A stretch of 57,802 bases of DNA, counting the filler, from Basidiobolus meristosporus CBS 931.73 (Eukaryota > Fungi > Basidiobolomycota), in the NCBI GenBank assembly GCA_002104905.1. It is 3 parts of 3 records of this genome, joined end to end, with 100 filler letters (N's around TTAATTAATTAA, not from the genome) between each part and the next. Parts side by side here need not be neighbours in the genome. Positions count along the whole stretch, not along the records: positions 20,119 to 41,714 come from MCFE01000987.1; 2 more parts are not named here. One strand, written 5' to 3'. Below are positions 22,859 through 35,745 of the stretch, piece after piece. Within the stretch, counting starts at the first letter, position 1, and each line of letters begins with the position of its first letter. A program made the translations under genes and the position numbers. The notes under the pieces are model-generated. The model did no database searches, had not been told where the DNA came from, and saw only the letters and a program-made list of their open reading frames with translations.

Positions 22859-25800
22859 GACTGCCTCTCTACCAAGCAGCTAATAACTGAGATATTCAGA
22901 GTTGTAAGCTTTGGGAAGCTTAGAACTCAGTTGATATTAGGTTGGCTTTACACTAGCCTATTCTTAACTCTTCTTGTAGGGTATATGATTTGCCACCAAT
23001 GAACCCCTGCCCAATTTTATCTTTTATATTGATACTTCAACCTGGGTGTTCAGAACCAAGAGTGAAGCCTGCTAGATGTGCAATCTGTATGCTTTGGTAT
23101 CAAAATATGTGGGAGAGATATTGAATGTATTTGTCATGTATAGGTCAATCTTAAATTCACCACTAGCCAACCAGGGCAAAGATTCCTCTGACCTTGTTTA
23201 GAGAATAATCAAGTTCAGCAGCCACTGAATACACACTCAAGACTCACTCAGAATATATATTACACTAAGCATGTATAACAATGCAGTAACTTAGTATTCA
23301 GTGTATCAAGTATAGCTGAATTGGTTTGAATTGGATGCAAATCCATGGGTACTGATTAGATCATATTTCAAGCAGCTATTGCCACTGGGGGTTCCGCAAT
23401 GATAGAGTCTATCACCAAAACACCAATGAAAATAGCACTTTATGACAGCTTATCAGATCAGTATTAATTAGTTATATCAATTGTTCTATGAGCCCATAGC
23501 TGTTAAAATTCAAAGTCTGTTACTTCAAAAGGGGAATACTTTGGATATATGAAGTTGTTGCCTTTTGAATCCTCTAGTAAGTCATAGCCTTGCTGGCTCT
23601 GCAGCTAGGACACCCTCCTAATAGCAGAAGAATATCAATCTAATGCAAGCAGTAGCTGACATATTTCAGCTCTAGTAGTGAGTACAATACTTTACAGAAA
23701 TAGCTGCAAGATAGTGAGCTAAGGATCAAGATATGGTTTTCACAGATTGTGCCTTTGATAATCAGACAACAAAGCCAAAAACCAAGTTTGATGCTTGATA
23801 TATTTACCAGATGAAGAATGCTAAACTATCAGCCAAGTTGGTGGTTCACAAGATACAGAGTGCATTGGGTCTTTATGAGCCAAAAGAGTCTGATAAGCTT
23901 AATGCTGGTATATATGTCCAGTCAAGAGCAAGCCCTTAAATTAGCCACAAATTATTTGCCAACACAGAAATAGGCATATTGAATTAATCAGGAAGTGTAT
24001 AGAAATATCATTGTACTGAATTAGAAGAAAATTAAAGTCAAGATTAACTGAGAACTGAACATTTCAAACTAGCATTCTGAATCATATCTTAGTGTAGTGG
24101 TTCACCAGTAGATGTGACTTAAGTGGGAGGAGTTTATTGCAATGAAGACTATGCAAAAATTAGGTATAGACAGTAAGGCTTCTAGTCCGGAATAAAAATA
24201 TCTGGCTCTGATGAAAGTGTAAAACCTTGTTTAAGGACCATGCTAAGCCTTAAATATTTCCTGTATAGAGAGTGTACAAGCCAAAAATTGGCTGCTAGCT
24301 CATAACAGAATAAACAGTATAATAGTCTATAAGAACTATACTTTTAGAGTGGAGTCAAGGCAAATTGCCTATACTTTTAAGTGCAAATCCTAAAGTTGAG
24401 CAGAAACATGACATTTCCACTCAAAGATATGGCAGTTAAAGGTTAGTGACTTCCTTCTTTTATGTAAGCCTTTATGATTAGATCTGAACCCAAATTAACT
24501 TTGCAAAATTGTCTACAGAATTTAAAATCAAGCTCATCAGAGGTTGTAAAATCCCCACATAGCTATTTAAACCATCCTTATTGTATTGCTATTGCTAACT
24601 GAGCAAAGCTCTGAGGTACAAACACCTTACTTGAGCTCAACAAACAACAAATCAATATCATGCAATGCCTCTAGATCTCATTGTACAATGAGGTGCATAG
24701 CTTGAACACTTAAAAATTAGACATGTTTGACTTCTGTGCTGTTTCTAGTCACTACACAGTATGTTTACTGTATATATCCGGATTCTATACGCTAAAGTAC
24801 CACAAAGTGTGCTGATGGCAGCAACTTGAAGAGGTATCAAATAAAGATAAGCCTACCAAAGTGCAAATTACCCATGGGTATAACCACTGTTGCTGCTGTA
24901 TGAGCTTATTGAGATAAAAGAAGTGATAGGAAAACAAGTAGGCAATAAAACATCCACTTTGTCATTGATAGGACATTTGGGTGGAACTGCTACTTTATAT
25001 TGCCTTGGCACATTAAGTGGATAAAGCATGACTATTGAAGTACTAGAAGCATGATCAATTTGGTGCCTTTGGAGGACTTGAAGTCTCTCATATCCCAGGT
25101 AACTGATAATTAGGCAAAACCATTATGTTAATTCTGAATTCATTGCAAATGCCACATCTTGCTCAATGTTGCTGACATAGTGTTAGCATTCTAAGGTTTG
25201 CTAATCATTGGAGATGACTGGGAGGACCAGTGTGCTTTATGACTTACCCTTATTTACTACCCTAAGTGTAGCAGTGCTTGCACTCTCCCTGCAAGAAGTT
25301 TCAAACTTCAAGCTCATTTGATAATACATCAGCTTCTTGATGGTATTGTATTGGTACCATACTGGCATTAAGCTTCAGGTTCCCCCCCCCCAATATACTA
25401 GTGTTGAGTATATATGGAAGTAATGAGTGATGTAGTACCAGTTAGGTATTAAACATATATAATGTAGCCACTACCTAGAAATTGTGTCCCATTGTCTACC
25501 AGGTTACTAATACCAAATATACTAACAGTTGTAAGCTTATAGATGCTTAGAACTCTGCTAGCATTTGATTCAGTTTTCTCTTTGGGTTGTATTTGAAAGA
25601 CAAAGGTTGGCAAGGAGCATCATATCCTAATATGAGGTCTAAAGTTACAAGCATTTTGTATTGCCAAACAGCATACTCTTAGTACATGGGTTCTTGCAGA
25701 TATTTGAGCTTTATATAAGGATATTTGGATTTAGGGAGCAACTAAAAATAGGAATGTATAGCAGCAGCCAAAAGAAGAAGTCTATAGCAAGTAGCATAAG

Positions 25801-26302
25801 TATATTAGCATAAGGAACCCTAATGGTAACAATTGCCTTAGTGCACAATCGCTCGGATGTATAAACACAGCATAGCCACTGTATGCTCATTAGCTAACAG
25901 AGTCCTTAGAGGTGATGAGAAGAATTGTCAGTCCGTAAGCCAGTCCCAATTCTGTGCAACAAATGGCCAATGTGAAACTGTCAGTAAAATTTGTAAGGCC
26001 CCTCAAGGATGCCTTTACATTGCCGCGGACCTTGTCACAGCCTTCAGAGTTGACTGTAGCACAGAAGCCCCTATCATTGAGGTCATGGTAGTTGTAATAA
26101 TTATAAATGGAATAAAGACAAATATGAAGAGCAGTACGTCATCACAGAAATTATGCAATTCAAAAGTGAGGAATTGCCTAGAGAATGATACGCGTAGCAA
26201 TGCAGTATTTGCTCTATATAAAACCTTCAATTGATAACGTACTCGACGTTAGCCTTTCCAAAGATCAGCACACACAATAGCATCTCACAAATTTCAATCA
26301 CA

Positions 26303-27118
26303 ATGGCGGCAAGCAGCGAAAATAATCAGTCCGGGACAAGCCAGCGGGAGTATGAAAAAAGCCGCTTTGAAGTGCCTCACCACATTCTGAGATCAGAAGT
26401 TGTCTATGGTGATGGCTTTCAGAGCCCTGGTGGTCTAACTGCCTTCCAGCAAACTATAATACCTGAGTTGCGACCCTGGAGTGGTATTCGTGTGCTAGAC
26501 ATTGGATCGGGCCTAGGTGGTGCTGCCTTCTATTTGGCTGCTGACCATGGAGCAAAGGTGGTTGGAATCGACTTGGCGGAGACAATGATCTCAATCGCGG
26601 AGAGCCGTCGTGCCCGACTTGACCCATGTGGAAATACGCAGTTTATACATGGGGATATATACTCTCACACCCTGGAGGCTGCCTCTTTTGATGCAATCTA
26701 TACCCAGGATACGCTAATGTATGAGGCTTACAAGCCAAAGGTGCTGGCCCGCTGCCGGGAACTACTTAAGCCAGGCGGGGTGTTGGTAGTCAATGACTTT
26801 TGCTATGGACGGAGTACGAAGGAATTCGAGAATTATTTGGACATATCCGGCCTCCATCTTATTTCGATTTCTTCATATGAGGAGGTTTTACGTGGTGCAG
26901 GGTTTGAAACGGTGAGGGCGCAGGACATCAGTAAAACCACGGCCCACCGTTTACAACGGGATATGAGTACGTTCCTCACTGGAGCCAAACAAAACGCTGA
27001 TATTTCTGAGGAGGATGTTCACCACCTTGTTGAGCGCTGGCACCGCAAGATTGATTTTCTTGAAGCTGGTGTACTGACTCAGGGATTGTTCCGTGCAACG
27101 GTGCCTGACTCTCCGTGA
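26303..27118 (+). CDS. Intronless class I SAM methyltransferase, phosphoethanolamine N-methyltransferase (PMT)-like fold, 271 aa
   Basis: YGDGFQSPGG, SAM motif VLDIGSGLGG, GIDLA, FDAIYTQD, LLKPGGVLVVNDFC, C-terminal WHRKI...GLF follow the single-domain PMT layout. Confidence 0.85.
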   Translation: MAASSENNQSGTSQREYEKSRFEVPHHILRSEVVYGDGFQSPGGLTAFQQTIIPELRPWSGIRVLDIGSGLGGAAFYLAADHGAKVVGIDLAETMISIAESRRARLDPCGNTQFIHGDIYSHTLEAASFDAIYTQDTLMYEAYKPKVLARCRELLKPGGVLVVNDFCYGRSTKEFENYLDISGLHLISISSYEEVLRGAGFETVRAQDISKTTAHRLQRDMSTFLTGAKQNADISEEDVHHLVERWHRKIDFLEAGVLTQGLFRATVPDSP

Positions 27119-28046
27119 GAGTCGTAAAGCTGGTAAAGAAAAGGTTGGCTCGCATATTGCGGCTGTTTTGGGCATGAACGTCGCATTCTTAACAGCTTAT
27201 AGCTGTAAGTCCGGTAGCTGTCGGATGGTTAAGGAAAAGAACAATTTACAAGGCGAATAAATAAGCAACTCATCTAGATCAATTTGAAGATAAAGATCAT
27301 TGCCATGAAAAAGACAAGTCCCAGACGGTTAGATTTGTGAGACTTTGGCAGCAGAATATTATGGCTTTAATGATGAACTAGGTGAAGAACCAATATAAAG
27401 TAAACTATTCAGTCTGTTAACCAAGTTTAAGCCATTCATAGCCTCTCTAGAAAAGAATTCTGATGATTTCACTATGGCATATGCTGAAGGAAGAGTGCAT
27501 TGCAAGCGACTTCGAAAACCGCAACGATGGTGTTTGTTTTGAACTGGAAAGACACCCTATAAATGGTACTACAGAGTAGCGCTGAGCGATGCTAATGGAG
27601 ACTAAAGGCAGAAGAGGATGACAAATGGCAATATAAGGATTGTCAGTGGTCATGATATATGCAAAATATTCTCGCACCATCAAAGCGCCGGATGAGTCAG
27701 TGGCCTCGGTTTGCGCTATTGGTGCTTGTGCTCTGGCGTAACAGGAATCTTGAAACTGGACTGTGCTAAGCACCAATTTAACTGATCCATACCAAAGGTC
27801 AAGTAGGTTAAAACCAGTCGGCTCTGGAGAGCGTTATCATAGCTTCAACTCGATGTATGGCTGGATCGTGGGCAGATACTATAAGTAAGCACGTGCCCCG
27901 CAGCATAGCATTTGCTAACAGTTGTGCAGGTGTATCCAACACTTCTGTCTTGGAACAATACCAAACTTAGCAAGGCAACCGCTCATCAATATAAAAAGGG
28001 CTGATACTCAAGTATAACATGCAGCACCGCCCTAATTTTCCTTCCA

Positions 28047-28938
28047 ATGACATCTTCCTCAGATTCAGCTCTACACTGGACTAGTACGGCATCTATCGAG
28101 CCTAAAAGTCCTACACTTGTCTTTCTCCACGCGTCATGGATGTCATCAGCCATGTTTGACGAGACAATCGCTCATCTCTCTCCTGCACTACCACAAACAA
28201 ATCTGATTTGTGTTGACCTTAATGGCCATGGGGAAACAAGAAATGGGCGGAAGCAGTTCACCTACTGGGATCAGGCCGATGATGTAGTCAAGTTGATGGT
28301 ATGTGCGCTCTTCGCCTATCCAAATATATAAATGTTCATCGCTTACGCATGTCCAGGACCATTTGAAATTGGAGAAGGCCATTTTCGTTGGCATCTCCAT
28401 GGGAGCTAGCATTGCTCTGCACCTAGCCCTCTCCCATCCTTCCTATGTGGCGGCTTTGGTCATTATGGCTGCTACGGCTCGATCTCCTACTCCACAGCAG
28501 AAAGACGCCTTCAATCTGTTGGGCCGGGTTTGGACATCCACTCAGACTCCGTCGGATGAGATCATGAACGCGGCTATGCAATCTTGGGGTGGAGACCCAG
28601 ATGTGAATGGCCCACGGGCTCAACGTATCAAGAATCATTGGGTGAATCGTCACTCTGGAGCCGAAAATATCAACGCTATTCTCCAAAGTAATCAAGAACG
28701 TGAGGATATTTTGCCTCGTTTAGGACTCATTCATGCCCCTGTCCTGATGGTGCACGGCGAGCGTGATGAGACTTACAACCTTGAAGGCGCCGAGGCGATA
28801 CGGGATCATCTTCACAACACTTCGGTGAGGTTTGAAGTGATCAAGGAGAGTGGGCATCTGGTGATTTGCATGAGACAGAGTGAAGATGTTTCAATGATGA
28901 TAAAGCAGTTTGTGCAGGAGATCGCCGTCGCAAATTGA
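28047..28938 (+). CDS. Alpha/beta hydrolase, 277 aa, 1 intron
   Basis: Exons 28047-28298 and 28357-28938 (GTATGT...CCAG). LVFLHAS, DLNGHG, nucleophile GISMG, Asp in HGERD, His in SGH. Confidence 0.9.
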
Positions 28939-29709
28939 GCCAAATCAACTATCAGTACATTTAGCACGGTTATCCTTCCACATATCTAATAAAGAAGAAA
29001 GTCCAACATTGCTTTGGATACTTATTGTTGGAAATTTCTTTCACTGGCATTCCCAGGAGTACAGGCGCTGCTAGATTTCGTGACATCATACTTTGAGCCT
29101 GAGATAGGCTTTAGGGAGCTACTCCCATGTCTATTAGACCAGAACAGAGGGGAAAAGAAGTTCTTTAAGCTTTATAGAGTAGGCTCCGCTAGCTGCTCTA
29201 GAGGTTCCTAGGCATGCAGGATTACACCAATCTTTCAGACCATCAGCTCTTCTGTGACATTTATGCCCACTAAATGTTTTGGCGTCAACAAAACACATGT
29301 TGTGCAATAAGTGAGTCTCTCATCGCCATCAGCTGGGCAGAGGGTCCGCAGAAGAAAGTAGGGGGCCATGGCCATTCCATCTTGAATATGCCAAGGTCTC
29401 TAAGCACATATTGTGAGTCCAGAAACAGTTGTTTTGGTAGTAGTGCAACTCCAGGTCCGATCTCCCAAATCGTCTCATAAATGGCTCTACAAAGCGTGCT
29501 GGGACCTCACCATTCCGGGTCAATATTGCGCCTTGGGTTTCGATTACTAATCCGAGTAAATACGCTTGTTTCTTCGATAAACAAAAGCATGACTTGAAAC
29601 TACCCCTGGTAGATACCCAGATGGAGGAGGAGTGTCTAGCCAGGTAGTTATCACGCTAATGCCTTGTGACATGCTTCGACCTTCTGGTACTTAATTATAA
29701 CACACTAAA

Positions 29710-30802
29710 ATGACTTCTGTTCCTCCGGGAGGCCTGATTCTGGTTACTGGTGCCAACGGCTATATTGCCAGCGTCACTACCCAGGTTTTTCTGCAGCACG
29801 GCTACCGTGTTCGTGGCACTCTCCGGTCGGTCGTATCCAATACATGGATGAAGGCGTACTTTGGCCCCCGCTTCAAGCTTGTTGAGGTGCCTTTGATCAG
29901 GTTCTTAAAGGTATGGATGGAGTTGCCCACATGGCCATGGGCACGGATATGAGCCCACAACACCATGATATCATCAAAGTGACCATTAAATCCAATCACA
30001 TCAGCTTATAGAAGCTACCGCGAAGGAACGAGGCGTAAAGTGCATTGTAATAACGTCATCCATAGCCGGGTGTGCTCTCCCCGCAACTGGTACACCGTAT
30101 AAGATCAGCTCGACTACATGGAACACTGCAGCTGTTGAATAAACTGCCGAGCCGTGGAGTGGAGAGTGCAACCCTCGTTGGCATGGAATTCTGCTTTACA
30201 GGGCTTCAAAGGCGCGAGGAGAGCAGGAAGCATTTTCACGGGTGCGTGAGAATGAACAGACCTTCTCCTTTAATACTGTCGTACCAAATGTAAACTTTGG
30301 CATCACCATATCACCTGAGAACTTGAGCTATCGCAGCTCCTCAGCAGTCATCAATGCGGTCGTAAAGGGCTATCCCGCTGCACCGTCAATTGTGCCATCC
30401 CAATAGTATATCGACGTCAAGAACACGGCATTGCTGCACTTGGGTGCCTTGACCATCGATAAAGTGAACGGAGAACGTCTGATTGCTATGGCAGGAAGAT
30501 ATACCTGGATGCAAATCCTGGAGATTATGCGTCAACATTTCCCGCAAATGATCATGCTGAAGTCAGTTGATGAGCCGGTGGTAGATGCGGGTGAAGTCGA
30601 TAATGCGCATAGTGTCGAGGTGCTTGGGAAGATAGGCAAGAGTGGAGGGTTTACGTCGTTAGAAAATAACATTATCAAGGTTCTGGATATGATCATTGCG
30701 AATCAATCTAAGAATGTACCCAAGGCAAGAATAGATCCATACTACGAGTCTCTTAATACAAATCAGCTGATAGCGATGTTCAAGATATATCATGTGCAAT
30801 GA
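29710..30802 (+). pseudogene. NAD(P)-dependent epimerase/dehydratase-family reductase (aldehyde reductase II-like extended SDR), pseudogene
   Basis: LVTGANGYIAS, GYRVRGTLRS, VITSSIAG, catalytic YRASK, YIDVKNTALLHL, read across two frameshifts (~29890, ~30000) and two in-frame stops (~30140, ~30405). Confidence 0.85.
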
Positions 30803-33800
30803 ATAAATAGCAAGACTAATCATGCCATTATACCTCTAGCCAACGTCGGGGTAGCAGGGCTACCTTGCACTGGGGTCCGGTAAGCGATGTGGATATTGGG
30901 TGTCAGCAATCTCTACATGTATGACGTGCGTCGGGCATTCACCTTGTATGCGGAAGTCAACAGCGACATTCCTGGGGGAAGCCTGAAGAGTTGAGTGACC
31001 ATTTGTGCGCACATGCACATGGCTATATGTTTGCAATACACTCGGCCAGTCACTACAGGGTGGCTTATGAAATTTCTCTGACTATTTCCCACTACAGCAC
31101 ACGATTGGGTCAGGCATTAGGTCTGTGCCAAACAATCGAACATTTAGGGGAAATGAGCCCGTGAAACATGACGTCGAGTATTCAGGCGCAGAGTGTTGTC
31201 GATTCAAATAATTGGCACTACCTATATTATTCTTGAATTCTGACAGGCCAGCTCGCACTCTGTTGTGTTTATGGTGACCATCATTTATATATCTTAGGAT
31301 TTGATCTAGTTGATCAACTTGGACTCATAGATGATCTACTGGCTATCCTAAGTCAAGACCTTTAGGTCATCCAAACACATCCCAAATCTTCACAAACCTC
31401 CCATTCTATCTTTGGCAACATTTCCATATGTATCTCCATGATTTGCACCAATATGGCACACTGTGCTCATATGCTTGATAAACTTTCTTTGCATTCACAT
31501 CTAGAGGATTCCAAGGTGAAAAGCTCACTATGTTAGACTATTACAAGATATACTTGAGTTTGTTTAAAACTCTATGAATGTAAGCACTGTATAAATCTTC
31601 TATAGATGGTCAGGGCTTATACTGGTTGTCTGCCAACCTTTCATTTCTTTCCTTACAATGTGGCAAAGCTCCAAAATCTATTTAGGAAATGGTCACCTTG
31701 AAGTATATTGTGCCTGGTAAAAATAGTATGGTCATATGGGTGGAGTCAATACAGATTAATTGTCATAATCCCATCAGGGTACTAGTAAATGCTATTTTTA
31801 GACTTGACTATATCAAAGTGAGATGATTGCATAGCTACAGTATGCCAGTTATTGTTGGTGGTTAACAAAAAGTGCAGGTATACATTAAAACTGTACTATG
31901 ATCATTTATTGAATATTTGCTATATACCTCCTGCTTGTTAATCAATATCTTTCACTTGCCCAATGGATGCTTGGCCAAATTTTGCCAATATGCACTGTAG
32001 CATATTGCCATAAACTTATATTGCGGCTTGCAAGCAGTACTTCCAGTGTGATACCAGGGAACATTACAATGCAGTACAGTCAGCTTGCATCACATATGTA
32101 CAATCTGGCTGTTAGTACTAGTAAACTGCCAGAAGTAGACATAATGCTTTCAGCATATGGCCTTTACTTTGGCATATTCCAATTTAGGTCAGTGTCACAT
32201 GTTCTTGACTAATGGCATACTTTGCTCAAGGGATAATAGCCAGATAGCTGTATTGAAGCTCCATGTAGACTGCTTGCAGAAGGAGTCATGGAGGGAATAT
32301 TGATATTGGGACAGTGTCATTATATCCCCTTTTTGCCACTGCAAACTCAAACAAGGTAGTATTGGGTTGGCCTAGCACACTGGCATTCCTAATGTGGTCT
32401 AAATTTATCTGAGCAGTCCTAACTATCTAATATGTGCAGTTGCCTTGTATGTCAATAAGCATGATAGAGTTTTGGTTGCATTTATGTGGAATTCTGCTGG
32501 CATTAGCATGACAATATGGCAGTCTACATCTAGTCTAGTATGGTACCTATGCACCTTTATACTGATCAGCATTTCATTTTCTACATCCCATCCACCATTT
32601 TATCTTCTGCTGTAGAATCATGCCTCTTTACTTCATTAATCACTACCACTATGGGCATTCCACATGTATCTAAAACAGCCTAAGCTCTGGTCTCCTGTTT
32701 ACCAGCTTCTAAGTATGCACACACCTGCTGCAATTGACCTACTTCTATCACCTCCACTTAATGACTTTTCAGCAGGATACTAGCAAAGATGCTATATACC
32801 TGGTATTGCTGATAAGTTATACATTCCTGCCAACATATAATTGGGTGCTGCCACTTGTGAAATGAATACCCTCTGAATATCTGCAAAATAATTTCTAGTA
32901 TGTAGCCAATACACTCCTTTTCCCTGCTGGATTCTAGTCCCCCGCACAAGTGTGCTCTGATTCATGTTTGTATAACTTCTGTATTGTAGGGTGTAGAAGT
33001 AGGCTTGTACCCAGTAGAGCTGACCAGTAGAAATTAGTTGCTAGTTGCATCTAAGCTAGCTTGGCCTTACTCAACTGATTAAACACACATTGTGCTGTAT
33101 TGCCACTTGGTGCCAAGATATATGTGTCTCAATGTGTACCTTTGCGCCCAATACATTCCCACTCTTCCAGGGCTTCTTTAGAGTAAAGGGGCTTCTTAAA
33201 GGGGTCTCTAAAGGGGTGTCTTTAGATTAAAGGGGTTTCTTACAGGGGACTTTTCCAGCAGAAAAGTGGTACTTTTCTTGTAGAACTAAGATTGGATTCC
33301 TGTGATCTTTGCAGTCTCTTTACTGATGTAGTACCAATCAAAGCCAGAATACTTAACAGTGCAAGTGATGCAGAGGAAGTCTTATAACCTTTAAACTTGT
33401 AATTGTAGTGTGGAGATTCTGGAAAGAGAGGCTCCCTTTATTTTTCAACTGGGGAAATCAGATATATGAAATTTCTGAAGGATCAAAGTATTTGGATAAT
33501 TGTGCAAGCAATACACCTGATGCAAAGCTAAGATTTTGCAGTGGTGCAGATTGGACATAGGTGCAGCACCTGTGAAAACTCTTGTGATTTGATTGGCTGG
33601 CTTGAAAGTTACACTTAATCACAGTCACCACAGTAATCCTAGCAATAGAGGCCTAATATATATAATAAATGTACTCCTTTGGTCATAACTACTTAAGTGC
33701 TGCTTTGGATAAGCTGTAATTTGAAACATGTGTTAGCTACTGCTTGTTCTGTATAACATAATATTCTTGGGTGAATTGCTTGTCAGCATCTGGAGTATTT

Positions 33801-35216
33801 GTTCTTCAAAGTTGGAATTTCTTGATGTTTCACTTTTGTGTTACAATAGCAAGAAAAGCAAAATAAAGAACTGAGTGCAAAATTGGTTTTGAGATATTTT
33901 AGTACTGGAATACTTTCCATTACCATAATCCCCTTACTCTCAGCCTATTCTTGGCTTCAATACTTGTCATGCTATATATTTTCTTACATACATATGCTGA
34001 CATCTTCAAGTAGATCCTATGCCACAGCTTTCTACTCAAATCTTCCATATCTATAGTTCCTATGTGGCGTTAAGTTCTGCTAGACTAATAGGTAATGCCC
34101 AAGTATCCGTATGAAGGCTCATCATAGACACTTGGGCCATACTAATATCATCTGCAAGGACTTGAATGGACCCAACATTAACAACTTTAGTTGGGACTGT
34201 TCAAGCAAGCTGGGGGATGGATTTTTCCTGGGTGGAACTAAAGATGAGTTGGGACTTGGTATAGGGGCCAAAGTGGCAGATTAGGATACCTATACAGTAG
34301 TATACTGGCATCAACCTGGTCTCATATGAGATAAATATGAAAACTAATGTAAATGTTGAGTATTCCATATGTCATGAAAGATGCATCTTGGATTGCATTG
34401 ACATGGATCTAATAGCATTGGTTTCAGATTTCCCATCTGATTATAGACCTGTGAGTAACTCCTCAATTAACTTACAATGTCATTGTTTGGTGATGGCCTT
34501 TGCAACAAAAAAGTGGAATACATGATAATTGATAGAAACTCAATTATAATGCATTGAAAATCAGATAAATTAAGCTGATTGTGCCAAATAGATTCAACTC
34601 ATTCCACCATATCTTTTTACCAATTTTGATATGACCTATTCATCTAAGTGGTCTTTTCTCATTAGTCCTATTACTACTGCTGTATCCCTGTTTGAAACAA
34701 TAGAGGAGATCAATACTAAGCACTGTGGACCATGTCCCCTATTGACTCAAGGAGATTGCTTGTTGAGCTTGTCTGATGTAACAGGAACTATTGCCCTACA
34801 AGGACTCATACCACCATCCATGGTAAGAAAGTCTTGGAGGCTTTCATACCTAGCTGACAGCAACAGAGAACCACCTTGCAGAGGGTTTGAATGACTTAGA
34901 ACAACCTGGGAATACCAGGTTCAGGTGCTCTAATATATTTCCCTGTTCCAGAGTGTGTAGCACCTTTCCACACAGGATTAACAGGTCTTCTAGAGGGTGG
35001 AGGCGCCTCACTCCAGCATATACCAGTGTGTAGTTCTTAGCACTGTCATACATTGAGGGTAACTGTTGTGATTGCCTGCCATCCTTGAACATTCTTGATC
35101 TGGCCAAAGCAAGTTGGTGACCCATAACACATGTCTATTCTAGCTGTCCAGTACTGATCATCATCAGACAGTAGCCTTCAACATAATCAGCTCTCCCCAC
35201 TACCCCATAATCTTTG

Positions 35217-35745
35217 TGTTATGAATAGACACAAGGCAGGAGAGTAGAGCTAGGCAAGACAGGACCAGGAAAGGACTTAGGTGTGGATCAACAAGGCAAG
35301 GCAGATTTCCAAGGCAAGGCTGTTTATTCAAGACCTGTGTTTATCAGACTGAGGAATACTTAAGGGGGGATAGGACTATATATACTTTTTGGCTATACTG
35401 ATGCCAAGAGATATTAGCTAATACTAATGGGGTTGTGGGGTGAGGCACAGCAATGGTGCTGGGGATATTGACATAGATGACATGGCACTGAGACAGGATG
35501 GGGAAATGGATTGGGTCACCTGATCATGTGACTAAGTCATGTGACCTGGTATATCCATATATGGTACTGGACTATGAAAAATACGATGGAAAGCTTCCAT
35601 GGAATGTTCCATTGTGTAACAATGGTTTGGAATGGTCAGGAACTTTCTGGAAGGTGGTAGAAGGTTCCAGAAGGAATCTCTTAGAAATTGAGCTAGGAAG
35701 CTGAAACTTGGCATGGGTGTTCATGGTTGTCATGTGATCATGACA
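35217..35745 (-). repeat. Gypsy 3' LTR (529 bp)
   Basis: TG...CA termini; about 5 substitutions and 1 indel relative to the 5' LTR. Confidence 0.96.

Noticed and set aside
25857-26234. 125-aa ORF upstream of the island methyltransferase, and the 109-aa minus ORF at 27447-27776
   Set aside because: No recognisable motifs or splice-supported structure; cannot be supported as genes.
29329-29523. Protein-like minus-strand fragment RFVEPFMRRFGRSDLELHYY inside the island
   Set aside because: Short, no ATG start, no family recognised; worth a tBLASTx but not reportable as a feature.
33165-33255. Short AAAGGGG-containing repeats with variable spacers
   Set aside because: Irregular low-complexity repeats in decayed eukaryotic DNA; not a CRISPR array (no constant repeat, no cas genes).
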